From contig CAYFQP010000034.1 of assembly GCA_964345375.1 (NCBI GenBank), positions 65-64,064 of the forward strand: a DNA stretch of 64,000 nucleotides, written 5' to 3'. Shown here piece by piece: positions 38,669 to 47,189 of the stretch. The translations under genes and the position numbers were made by a program. Position 1 is the first letter of the stretch; each line of letters starts with the position of its first letter. Below the pieces are notes generated by a model. That model had not been told where the DNA came from and made no database searches. It saw only the letters and a program-made list of their open reading frames with translations. The stretch comes from an uncultured Gammaproteobacteria bacterium (lineage in GTDB: Bacteria; Patescibacteriota; Microgenomatia; CAYFQP01).

Positions 38669-39064
38669 AATCTTGGTGGGATAAGGGAAAGGGCCCGAGA
38701 TGCTCAGAGAAAGAATGATCTCAATCAGATTCAGAAAGCGTTAGAGATGTATAAAAATAGTCAGGACCCGCCTACTTATCCAGCTGATGGAATTGACAGC
38801 CTAATGGATACCTTAAAAGCTAAAAACTTTGTCCAAGATGAATTGCATGACCCAAAATGTACTTATAATTCTGATGACGATCTTTGGGAATGTACTGGCG
38901 ATTGGCCTGATTATAGTTATGATTTAGATCCAGAAGACATGGGTGATGATTTGACTTACGAACTAGTTGTTTGCCTAGAGAATCCCTCTGACCCCCAGGC
39001 AGATAGCAGTCTCCATTCTGATTGTTCTGGAGCAGGAGGTAGTATTTCCAGGAGGGAACCCTAA
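38576..39064 (+). CDS. pilin-like protein (paralog A)
   Basis: MKKLINNFG|FTLIELLVVISIIGILATLLIA; ERARDAQRKNDLNQIQKALEMY. Confidence 0.7.
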   Translation: MKKLINNFGFTLIELLVVISIIGILATLLIANLGGIRERARDAQRKNDLNQIQKALEMYKNSQDPPTYPADGIDSLMDTLKAKNFVQDELHDPKCTYNSDDDLWECTGDWPDYSYDLDPEDMGDDLTYELVVCLENPSDPQADSSLHSDCSGAGGSISRREP

Positions 39065-39067
39065 AAG

Positions 39068-39160
39068 ATGAAAAAACTGATTAATAACTTTGGTTTTACC
39101 CTGATTGAACTCTTGGTCGTCATCTCGATTATTGGCATTTTAGCCACCCTCTTGATTGCT
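39068..39160 (+). repeat. second copy of the 93-nt pilin N-terminal repeat
   Basis: Identical to 38576-38668. Confidence 0.85.
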
Positions 39161-39565
39161 CGTTATGGGATGGCTGAAAAAAGTGCTCGAGACACAGAGA
39201 GAAAATCTGATTTGAATCAATACCGGATTGGCCTTGAGAATTTTGCTTCTCAGACAGGTGGTCTTTACCCTGCCCGGCCTTCTCGGGGTGATGCTTCAGA
39301 CGGAGAGCCTTGCGATGCACTTACCAGTGATGATTATCTTTCTCAGTGTCCTCAAGATCCCCGCCAGGAAGAGGATGAAACGACTTACCTTTACCTTTAT
39401 CATTCAAATGGGACTGCAGGTGAAAGTGACGCCACTAATTATATTCTCTGGGCGAGATTAGAAACAGGGACTCAACCTCATCATCATTGGTATGTTTGTG
39501 CTGATGGCCGGGCTGGTGAGAAACAGGGGCCGGCACCAAGTTTAGCCGATGATTGCGGTGGCTAA
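39068..39565 (+). CDS. pilin-like protein (paralog B)
   Basis: Identical N-terminal 31 aa to the preceding gene, then a divergent C-terminus (SARDTERKSDLNQYRIGLENF...). Confidence 0.7.
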   Translation: MKKLINNFGFTLIELLVVISIIGILATLLIARYGMAEKSARDTERKSDLNQYRIGLENFASQTGGLYPARPSRGDASDGEPCDALTSDDYLSQCPQDPRQEEDETTYLYLYHSNGTAGESDATNYILWARLETGTQPHHHWYVCADGRAGEKQGPAPSLADDCGG

Positions 39566-40004
39566 AATGAGGAAAAAGATTGCTGGTTTTACTTTAATTG
39601 AGTTATTGGTAGTAATTACTATCATTGGTATCCTAATGGGTATTCTCTTAGTCGCCTATCAAGGCACAAGGGTGACAGCTCGAGACGGCAAAAGAAAAGC
39701 GGATTTAGAACAAATCCGAGCCGCTCTTCAACTCTATCATGCTGATTGTGGTGTCTATCCAAGTTCTCCCAATTTTGGTGGTAGTTTAACCTCCACAAAG
39801 CCTCCTTGTCCCGATTCTTCAACTAAATATATGAGTAAAGTTCCCCAGGATCCCCTCTACCCTACTTATGAATACAGTTATGTTCCAGGAGCAACTGGTC
39901 ATACCTATACTCTTTGTGCCTATCTTGAGAAAGGCTCTGGCAGTGTTTCTGGTTGTGGCAGCTGTGGTGATTCATCTTGTAATTATCAAACAACCCAACC
40001 CTAG
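39549..40004 (+). CDS. pilin-like protein
   Basis: KIAG|FTLIELLVVITIIGILMGILL; ARDGKRKADLEQIRAALQLY. Confidence 0.7.
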   Translation: MIAVAKMRKKIAGFTLIELLVVITIIGILMGILLVAYQGTRVTARDGKRKADLEQIRAALQLYHADCGVYPSSPNFGGSLTSTKPPCPDSSTKYMSKVPQDPLYPTYEYSYVPGATGHTYTLCAYLEKGSGSVSGCGSCGDSSCNYQTTQP

Positions 40005-40013
40005 AATTAAATA

Positions 40014-41063
40014 ATGATCAATGAGAAGGATCTTCAAAAGAAAAAAGGCTTTACCCTGATTGAGCTTCTGGTTGCCCTCTCCATTATTGGGATGATCTTT
40101 ACTTTTGGTTTTGCTTATTATCAGGATTTTAATCGTCGCCAAGTAGTTAATCAAGCAGCCAAAGAATTAAAAAATAATCTTCGTCTTGCCCAGAGCAAGG
40201 CTTTAGCCGGCGAAAAACCAGAAGGCTGTCAAGGCCAGTTGGAGGGTTATCTAGTCGAATTTGGTTTAAATGAATACATAATTTCAGCCAAATGTAGTCT
40301 CAGTGGAAAGGTTGATTCTAGTTCGATTGTCTATCCCCTAGTCTCTGGAGTTCAGATTGTTAACTCTCCTGGAACAATTGTTTTTAATGTTTTAAGTCTA
40401 GGAGTTAGCGAGCCTGGGGTGATTACTCTCAGTGGAACGAATTACTCGAACGAGGTTGAAGTTAAAGAAGGCGGCGAAATTTCTATTGATGACAGTGTTC
40501 CCTATACGTCTATGCCAACGCCTACTCCTTCACCTTCACCTGCTCCGACACCCACTTGTGTTGAAGAGGGTGATGTTAAGATAGTCTATCCAGGAATGCC
40601 GGACTGTTGCCCAGGGCTCAACCCAATCGGTAATTACACCATAAATAAGGCCGGTCAATGTCAACCCCTTTTGGGAGGAGAAGTCTGTGCTTATTGCCCC
40701 AATGGAGTTTGTGGTCTAGGAGAAGATTATTGTAATTGCCCTGAAGATTGTGGTACCTTGCCAACACCCACTCCATCGTGTGTACCTGAGGGAGGGACTA
40801 AATTAACCTCTCCAGGGGCGCCAGATTGTTGTCCCGGCCTGGCTCTTTTGGTTAATTATACCATTGATGAGGAAGGGGTTTGTCACCCTCTTTATGGCGG
40901 TGGAGTTTGTGCTTATTGCCCTGATGATCAATGCGGTCTAGGAGAAGATTATTGTAATTGCCCTGAAGATTGTTGTGCCGACCGATTTGAGAGTTGTGAT
41001 GTTAAACCCTGCTGTAGTCCCTTTACTTGTCAACAGTTTTTGTTTACTGAGAGATGTTTCTAG
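40014..41063 (+). CDS. minor pilin-like protein with two tandem ~74-aa Cys-rich repeats and PT linkers
   Basis: KKKG|FTLIELLVALSIIGMIF; PTPTPSPSPAPTPT linker; repeats with 10 Cys each (CCPGL...NYTI...C.PL.GG.VCAYCP..CGLGEDYCNCPEDC). Confidence 0.7.
   Translation: MINEKDLQKKKGFTLIELLVALSIIGMIFTFGFAYYQDFNRRQVVNQAAKELKNNLRLAQSKALAGEKPEGCQGQLEGYLVEFGLNEYIISAKCSLSGKVDSSSIVYPLVSGVQIVNSPGTIVFNVLSLGVSEPGVITLSGTNYSNEVEVKEGGEISIDDSVPYTSMPTPTPSPSPAPTPTCVEEGDVKIVYPGMPDCCPGLNPIGNYTINKAGQCQPLLGGEVCAYCPNGVCGLGEDYCNCPEDCGTLPTPTPSCVPEGGTKLTSPGAPDCCPGLALLVNYTIDEEGVCHPLYGGGVCAYCPDDQCGLGEDYCNCPEDCCADRFESCDVKPCCSPFTCQQFLFTERCF
40545..40980 (+). repeat. tandem coding repeat (~222 nt x2) encoding the Cys-rich module; includes a 39-nt identical core at 40713-40751 and 40935-40973
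   Basis: GGTCTAGGAGAAGATTATTGTAATTGCCCTGAAGATTGT occurs twice; the flanking TGTGCTTATTGCCC also occurs twice. Confidence 0.75.
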
Positions 41064-41095
41064 GGAAAGAGAGCCAACCAGCTTTTTTGATTATC

Positions 41096-41593
41096 ATGGA
41101 TGAGAGGAGACGAGGAAAAATAAAAAGACTGACTGGCTTCACCCTCATCGAGCTTTTAATCGTGATTTCGATTATGGGACTGTTTTTGACAGCAGGTTTG
41201 GTTTACTACCAAGACTTTAATCGCCGTCAGATTCTTGGCCAGGCAACTAAGGAATTAGAAAATAATCTTCGTCTTGCCCAGAGTAAGGCTTTAGCCGGCG
41301 AAAAACCAGAAGGTTGGTGTAAGGGTGAAAATGACTCGCTGGTTGGTTGTTCCCTGGAGTTTACTTCAGCTAATAATTATCAAGTTAAAGCAATTTGTTC
41401 TAATCCGGGAGTTGAGCCATTTGAGTTCACCTCAATCGATTTACCCGAGCAATTATCAGGATCAAGTGGTCAAAAAGCTTTGTTTAAGGTTCTTGGCCAA
41501 GGAGTAGCAGAAAAGACGACTTTTAATCTCTCAGGCTATGGAATGGAGAAAGAGGTTATTGTTGAAGAAGCAGGCAATATTTATATAAAATAA
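41096..41593 (+). CDS. pilin-like protein (N-terminal paralog of the 40014 gene)
   Basis: MDERRRGKIKRLTG|FTLIELLIVISIMGLF; shares YYQDFNRRQ...ELxNNLRLAQSKALAGEKPEG with the preceding gene. Confidence 0.65.
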   Translation: MDERRRGKIKRLTGFTLIELLIVISIMGLFLTAGLVYYQDFNRRQILGQATKELENNLRLAQSKALAGEKPEGWCKGENDSLVGCSLEFTSANNYQVKAICSNPGVEPFEFTSIDLPEQLSGSSGQKALFKVLGQGVAEKTTFNLSGYGMEKEVIVEEAGNIYIK

Positions 41594-41633
41594 TCTTTAG
41601 AGGAAATATTTTTATTCAAAGATATTCAAAAAA

Positions 41634-42086
41634 ATGATTAATTTAAGAAAAGAAAAAGGTCAAACCCTTCTTGAAGTTTTGGTTGCCTTAGCCGTGGTTG
41701 TTCTGGTGATTGTGGCTCTGATTAAAGCAACAACCTATTCCCTTAAAGGGAGCGACTTCTCTAAGACTCAGGCCTTAGCCACCAGATATGCTCAGGAAGC
41801 AATTGAGTGGACCAGGGCGGAAAGAGACAAGAGTTGGGATAATCTGGCTGATAGGTCGAGTGCAGATGGCAGCACTTATTGTTTGACCTCTCTCAGTTGG
41901 CCTGGAGCTGGTGGTTGTAGCGAGTCAGGTTTTTTAGAGGCTGACAATCGGTTTAAAAGAGAGGTCGTTCTTAAGAATGTTGGTGGCGAAGGAAATAGAA
42001 TCGAGGTTAGGGTTGAGGTTAGTTGGCAGGACGCTAGTGGCGAGCATCACTCTCGTTTAGAAACTTATTTATCAAATTGGCGATGA
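41634..42086 (+). CDS. pilin-like protein (GspI/PilV-like)
   Basis: KG|QTLLEVLVALAVVVLVIVALI prepilin-type N-terminus. Confidence 0.55.
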   Translation: MINLRKEKGQTLLEVLVALAVVVLVIVALIKATTYSLKGSDFSKTQALATRYAQEAIEWTRAERDKSWDNLADRSSADGSTYCLTSLSWPGAGGCSESGFLEADNRFKREVVLKNVGGEGNRIEVRVEVSWQDASGEHHSRLETYLSNWR

Positions 42087-42604
42087 AGAAAAAGAGTTTG
42101 GGATTCACCTTAATCGAAACCTTAGTAGTCATTTTCCTGATTGGGATTGTTTTAGTGGCTGGGGGGAATATCTTTTTTGGCATCATGAAGGGAGCCAGCA
42201 AGGCAGAAGTAGAAAGAGAAGTTAAACAGAACGGAGACTACGCTTTGGCAATTATGGAGAGAATGATTAGAAATTCGAGAGGAGTAGTTGTCTGTGATGA
42301 AGACCAAGATGAGTTGACGATTACCAACTTAGATTTTTACCAGACCACTTTTGAGCGAGTCCCGGACTCTGACCTAGGCATCAACCGGGTCGCTTCCTCG
42401 GGTGCCTATTTAACTGGTGAGAATGTTGACGTTCTTTCTTTAAACTTCGATTGTATTTATGAACCAGAAACAAGCTCGGATGAAAAAGACATCAGGCGAG
42501 TGGAGATTAACTTCTCTTTAATTCCCAGAGGAGGAGAAAAGGAAGTACCAGAGACCTACACGATCATTGACTTCAAGACGAGTATTAGTCTGAGGAATTT
42601 TTAG
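42077..42604 (+). CDS. pilin-like protein (GspJ/PilW-like)
   Basis: KSLG|FTLIETLVVIFLIGIVLVAGG. Confidence 0.6.
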   Translation: MAMKKKSLGFTLIETLVVIFLIGIVLVAGGNIFFGIMKGASKAEVEREVKQNGDYALAIMERMIRNSRGVVVCDEDQDELTITNLDFYQTTFERVPDSDLGINRVASSGAYLTGENVDVLSLNFDCIYEPETSSDEKDIRRVEINFSLIPRGGEKEVPETYTIIDFKTSISLRNF

Positions 42605-42642
42605 ATTTGACAATCAATTCTTGAATAGGTAAACTGAAATCA

Positions 42643-43530
42643 ATGATAAAACTGCCTCTTCGTCGTTTTTCTCCTCAGTTAAAGAAAGCAAGGGATTTAC
42701 CCCAAGGACAGGCTCTCCTGGTGATTCTTCTGGTTATGGCGGTTGGTTTGACCATTGGTTTAGCCGTGACCTCAAGGACAGTGACCGACATTGAGATTTC
42801 CGAGAAAACTGAAGAGGCCGCCCGAGCCTTCTCAGCGGCCGAGGCTGGCGTGGAAGAGGCTTTGGTCACAGCCGGGTTTGGAGAACTTCCTTCTGGTGAA
42901 TTTGAAGGAGGCGTCAGTTATACGACCAGGAAGGACCCCCTTGGAGAAGAAAAGACTTATCTTTTTCCTTCAGTGGAAAATAATGAAACAAAAACTCTTT
43001 GGCTAGCTGAATATCCAGATACAGAAAGTTATGCTGAAGACAGTTTAATTTTGTATTGGGGAGATTTTGATTCTTCTGAAAATCCTAGTTTAGAAGTTAT
43101 TGTTTATTATCTAGATGGAGGTAATTATAAAACTTGGCGTTATGCTCTCAACCCGATTGATAGAGGTGATGGTTTTTGTCAACCAGATCTAGCGGGAGAT
43201 ACCTGCGATAAAGTTCTCGATTTTGACCAGTTTGGCCCTCATTCAATTGGCAGCCAAGAAGCAAGTTATAAAGCAACCATTGAGTTGCCAGGAGGGCCTA
43301 ATGTTGTTCTCCTTTTTGCCAGATTGAGACTTTTGTATTCAGACGAATCCCAAGTTCTAGGTGCTGAAGCTGTTGGCGATAGCATTATCCTCCCCTCTCA
43401 AGGAGTCAAAATCACTTCAACAGGCACAGCCGGAGCTTCAACCAGAAAAGTCGAAGTAATTCGAGAGCACCCTGCTCCTTCAGAAATTTTTGACTTTTTG
43501 CTTTACTCAGGAACCGATTTAGAGAAATGA
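42643..43530 (+). CDS. GspK/PilX-like minor pseudopilin (large, no Glu+5)
   Basis: LPQGQALLVILLVMAVGLTIGLAV hydrophobic N-terminus resembling GspK; 295 aa. Confidence 0.45.
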   Translation: MIKLPLRRFSPQLKKARDLPQGQALLVILLVMAVGLTIGLAVTSRTVTDIEISEKTEEAARAFSAAEAGVEEALVTAGFGELPSGEFEGGVSYTTRKDPLGEEKTYLFPSVENNETKTLWLAEYPDTESYAEDSLILYWGDFDSSENPSLEVIVYYLDGGNYKTWRYALNPIDRGDGFCQPDLAGDTCDKVLDFDQFGPHSIGSQEASYKATIELPGGPNVVLLFARLRLLYSDESQVLGAEAVGDSIILPSQGVKITSTGTAGASTRKVEVIREHPAPSEIFDFLLYSGTDLEK

Positions 43531-44546
43531 ACGTCTTTGGCTTAGACATTGGCTCGACCTCTATTAAGATTGCCCAGGCTCAGAAAGAGGGTAACAAATT
43601 TCGTCTTTATTCGGCTGGCTTGGTCCAATCGCCTTCACCTGGGATTAACTCTGAAGCGAAAAAGGATTTGGTTGCCTTAGCGACGGCGATTAAAAAACTT
43701 CATCAAGACACAAAGATTAATAACCGGAGCGCGGTTGTCTCTTTGCCTGAAAGCAAAATTTTCTCTCGGGTGATTAGCTTGCCAGTTATGAGCGAGGATG
43801 AACTTTCTCAATCTCTTCAATGGGAGGCAGAACAATTTGTTCCTATGCCAATTGAAGACATTAGTCTCGACAGTGTTATTATCAGTCGGGGTCAACCAGG
43901 AAAAGTTGAGCAGAAGATGGAAGTTTTTGTTGTCGCTGCTCCCAATAATTTGATTAAGAAGTACCAGCAGGTGATTGAAATGGCTGGTTTTAAAATGGTG
44001 GCGATTGAAACCGAGCTTATTGCCGCTGCTCGAGCCTTAGTGGCTCCTGATTCGCCTCCTGTTTTAATCATTGATTTTGGCGCCGAGACAACAGACATTG
44101 CCATTGCTAAACAAGGCCGGGTGGTTTTCACTCGCTCAATTCCCGCTGCTGGCCAGGCTTTTACCCGGGCGATTTCTTCAGGTCTTTCAATCGACATTTC
44201 TCAAGCAGAAAAATACAAAACTGCTTATGGGTTAGAGGAAAAAAAGCTCGAAGGAAAAGTTAAAGAGGCCATTGCTCCAGTAGTAAATCAGGTTGTCAAT
44301 GAAGTCCGGAAAGCAATCCAATTCTGGCGAGAAAAAGAGAAAGAAGAGGTCAAATCACTTATTCTCACTGGCGGCTCGGCTAACCTTCCTAATCTGACTG
44401 CCTTTTTAACTCAATCATTAGGGATAGAGGTCCAAGTAGCTAACCCGTTTGCCCACTTAGTGGCTAACGAAAAACAGATTGCTCGTTTAAGTCAGAACAC
44501 TCCCCTCTTCGCTGTTGCCGTTGGTTTAGCCATGAAGGAGGTATAA
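43527..44546 (+). CDS. pilM: type IV pilus assembly protein PilM (actin-like ATPase fold)
   Basis: MNVFGLDIGSTSIKIAQ N-terminus, typical PilM length and motifs. Confidence 0.85.
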   Translation: MNVFGLDIGSTSIKIAQAQKEGNKFRLYSAGLVQSPSPGINSEAKKDLVALATAIKKLHQDTKINNRSAVVSLPESKIFSRVISLPVMSEDELSQSLQWEAEQFVPMPIEDISLDSVIISRGQPGKVEQKMEVFVVAAPNNLIKKYQQVIEMAGFKMVAIETELIAAARALVAPDSPPVLIIDFGAETTDIAIAKQGRVVFTRSIPAAGQAFTRAISSGLSIDISQAEKYKTAYGLEEKKLEGKVKEAIAPVVNQVVNEVRKAIQFWREKEKEEVKSLILTGGSANLPNLTAFLTQSLGIEVQVANPFAHLVANEKQIARLSQNTPLFAVAVGLAMKEV

Positions 44547-45083
44547 ATGCAATTTGGAATTAATCTTCTAGCCAGAGAAAAACCACCAACAGTTGTTGAA
44601 AAGCAAATAATCGGCAGACTAAAAAAAATTTCTCTTTTAGTCCTAGTGGTCTATGCTCTGGTAACTGGGATTCTTCTTGGCGGTGGTTATTATTTTTCTC
44701 TAGAAAGTAGAAATCTCTCTCGCCAGGCCAGTCAACTAGAAACGAGAATTAAATCTTTTCAAAAAGTGGAAACTTTAGAAGTCCTGATTAAAGACAGAAT
44801 TGTTAATAGTCAAAAAATCCTTGGCGCCCGGTCTCATCCTGAAGAGACTTTGACCAAAATCATTAATATAGTCGAGGAAGGAGTGAATATCTCAGAAATT
44901 GATTTTGGGGTCAAGGATAGACTAACTTTTAGCGTTGACACCCGTGACGTAACGAGCATGGAAATTTTTCTAGAAAAAATCAAAAAGGTTTTAGCCGAGT
45001 TAGGCTACCAAACTGTTAGGCTTGAGATGATTAGCCGTAATAAAAATGGCGGTTATTATTTTCAATTAATCGCTGAGAAGTAA
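44547..45083 (+). CDS. pilN: PilN-like bitopic membrane protein
   Basis: Short cytoplasmic N-terminus (binds PilM), single TM, coiled coil; immediately downstream of pilM. Confidence 0.6.
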   Translation: MQFGINLLAREKPPTVVEKQIIGRLKKISLLVLVVYALVTGILLGGGYYFSLESRNLSRQASQLETRIKSFQKVETLEVLIKDRIVNSQKILGARSHPEETLTKIINIVEEGVNISEIDFGVKDRLTFSVDTRDVTSMEIFLEKIKKVLAELGYQTVRLEMISRNKNGGYYFQLIAEK

Positions 45084-45084
45084 A

Positions 45085-45792
45085 ATGGCTGATTTAAAAA
45101 AAATCTTGTTTAAATATCATCAACTCTTTCTTCCTTTTATCTTTATCATCTCTTTGTTAATTTTTTGGTTTTTCCTGATGCCCAGGTTTAACCAGATAAA
45201 GAAAGTTTATTATTCAAATCAAAAAGAAAGAGAAAGGATTAGGAGCCTCCAAGTAAAAATCAGTGATTTAGAAACCCTTAATGAATACGAACTAACGGAA
45301 AAATCAGAGATTCTTCTTCTGGCTCTGCCCTCAGAGAAAAATGGGGTGGCGATGATGGGAGCGGTGAGCAATTTAGTTGAGGAGAATGGATTGGTAATCG
45401 AGTCAATTAGTGTTTCTCCTGGTGAGATAGCCACTGGCTCGGCTGAAGAATCGGCTGAAGAATCGGCCATGGATTTTTTACCTTTTAGATTAACGATTAC
45501 TGGTGAGATTACCCAATTTTTGAATTTTTTGGAAGCTGCTAGCCAGACTCTTCCGTTAATGGATGTAGAAATGAGGAATTTTGACATCACTGGTGAGCAG
45601 TCAACCTCTGATTGTTTAATTAAGTTTTATTATACTGGTTTACCGACAACGCTTGGAAAAATTGAGACGCCTGTGCCTAAACTATCTAGCCAAGAGGAAT
45701 TATTTCTTGATGAGCTCCAAAAGTTTAATGCCTATCAATTAGAACCGTTTGAGCCCAGTGTCGGCGGTCGAGCTAACCCCTTTACTTTTTAG
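45085..45792 (+). CDS. pilO: PilO-like bitopic membrane protein
   Basis: N-terminal TM plus coiled coil, then a periplasmic-type domain; position after pilN. Confidence 0.5.
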   Translation: MADLKKILFKYHQLFLPFIFIISLLIFWFFLMPRFNQIKKVYYSNQKERERIRSLQVKISDLETLNEYELTEKSEILLLALPSEKNGVAMMGAVSNLVEENGLVIESISVSPGEIATGSAEESAEESAMDFLPFRLTITGEITQFLNFLEAASQTLPLMDVEMRNFDITGEQSTSDCLIKFYYTGLPTTLGKIETPVPKLSSQEELFLDELQKFNAYQLEPFEPSVGGRANPFTF

Positions 45793-46036
45793 ATTCTTTG
45801 CTTTCAGATTCTTCGAGGATTAATTGGACTTTTTTCTTTTCGGTCAGTCCCCGAGCTTTGAGAAGGGTTCTGATTGCCTTAATTACTTTTCCTTGTCGAC
45901 CAATAACCATGCCCATGTCTTCTTTGGCCACTTTCAGGTTGAGGTTAATTACCCCATTTTTTTCTTCTCCTTCAATCTCAACTGCTTGGGGTTGAGAAAC
46001 AAGAGACTTAATAATGAATTCAAGAAGCTCTTTCAT
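45782..46036 (-). CDS. KH-domain RNA-binding protein (YlqC/UPF0109 family)
   Basis: VIGRQGKVIKAIRTLL KH GxxG motif; adjacent to rpsP as in many bacteria. Confidence 0.75.
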   Translation of the reverse strand: MKELLEFIIKSLVSQPQAVEIEGEEKNGVINLNLKVAKEDMGMVIGRQGKVIKAIRTLLKARGLTEKKKVQLILEESESKESKK

Positions 46037-46049
46037 TCCTTTTCTAATT

Positions 46050-46280
46050 CTATTTTTTTTCTAAAAGCTTAAGAACAGATTTGGTTGGTTGGGCCCCTTT
46101 TTTTCTCCAAGCCTGATACTCGTCCATCTTGATTTTGAGAGTCGGTGGTTTAGTCCTTGGATTATAGGAGCCAAGAATGGCCACATTCTTACTGTCTCTT
46201 TTTGTCTTTGCTTCAGAGACAACAATTCGGTAAGAGACGTCTCCTTTTCTACCAACTTTAGCTAATCTTATCTTAAGCAT
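46050..46280 (-). CDS. rpsP: 30S ribosomal protein S16
   Basis: MLKIRLAKVGRKGDVSYRIVV typical S16 N-terminus. Confidence 0.9.
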   Translation of the reverse strand: MLKIRLAKVGRKGDVSYRIVVSEAKTKRDSKNVAILGSYNPRTKPPTLKIKMDEYQAWRKKGAQPTKSVLKLLEKK

Positions 46281-46959
46281 AAATTTTTAGACCCTTTTTA
46301 GCGGCCTGTTGTTCTGCTTCTTGCTTTGATTTGCCTTTTCCCTGGGTAATTTTCTTTTTTCCCAGGAAAACACCGACGATGAATATTTTATCATGGTCTG
46401 GCCCAAAACCTCTAATCAATCGATAAACTGGGGTTAGTTTTTCTTTTTCTTGAGCTTTTTCTTGGAAAAGACTCTTATAATCTTTAAGGCTCTTTTGGTG
46501 ACTAATCTTAGTTATCCTTTTTCCTAGAAAAGAATCAATAAACTTTTTTGTTTTTTCTAGGCCCTGGTCAAGATAAATGGCGCCGATTAGAGCCTCAAAG
46601 GCATTGGCGAGGAGGCTTTTGTTTTTCCTTCCTCCGCCCTCTTCTTCACCCTTGCTTAAAAGAAGATATTCACCAAGCTGAAATTGATTGGCTGCTTGAG
46701 CCAGAGAGTCAGTTTTAACGATTTGAGAACGAAAAGTGGTTAAAATGCCCTCGTTTAATTCTGGGAAGAGAGTGTATATTTTTTCGGAAATAATAAATTC
46801 TAAGATAGCGTCGCCGAGAAATTCTAGTCTTTCGTTTGAGGGAAGCTTTTCTTTGGGGTGTTCATTGAGATAGGAACGGTGAATGAGAGCCTTTTTAAGG
46901 AGGTTTTTATCCTTAAAATCAATCTCGATCTTTTTTTCTAGGGATTGGGTTTTAATCAT
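46273..46959 (-). CDS. rnc: ribonuclease III
   Basis: ERLEFLGDAIL signature, C-terminal dsRBD. Confidence 0.9.
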   Translation of the reverse strand: MIKTQSLEKKIEIDFKDKNLLKKALIHRSYLNEHPKEKLPSNERLEFLGDAILEFIISEKIYTLFPELNEGILTTFRSQIVKTDSLAQAANQFQLGEYLLLSKGEEEGGGRKNKSLLANAFEALIGAIYLDQGLEKTKKFIDSFLGKRITKISHQKSLKDYKSLFQEKAQEKEKLTPVYRLIRGFGPDHDKIFIVGVFLGKKKITQGKGKSKQEAEQQAAKKGLKIYA

Positions 46960-47189
46960 TCTGCTTCGGAAACAAGGTTAATAATGTCATTAACTGTTTT
47001 AATCTTTTTAATTTCTTCATCAGAAATCTCGATTGAAAATTCTTGATTGATTTCCATAATAATGTCCGCGATTTCTAAGAATTCAGCATTAAAATCTTCA
47101 ACCAGGTCTGAGTCTGGCTCAATTTTTTCCAGAGGCGTGCCTAATTTATTGGCAATAATTTCTTTAATCTTTTGAATTTTTCCTTCCAT
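46956..47189 (-). CDS. acyl carrier protein homolog lacking the phosphopantetheine-attachment Ser (Phe at the DSL position)
   Basis: Aligns ungapped with E. coli AcpP: DLVEDFNAEFLEIADIIMEINQEF against [20 protein letters not shown]. Start set at MEGKIQKIKEI; the ORF-track N-terminal extension overlaps nusB. Confidence 0.6.
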   Translation of the reverse strand: MEGKIQKIKEIIANKLGTPLEKIEPDSDLVEDFNAEFLEIADIIMEINQEFSIEISDEEIKKIKTVNDIINLVSEAE

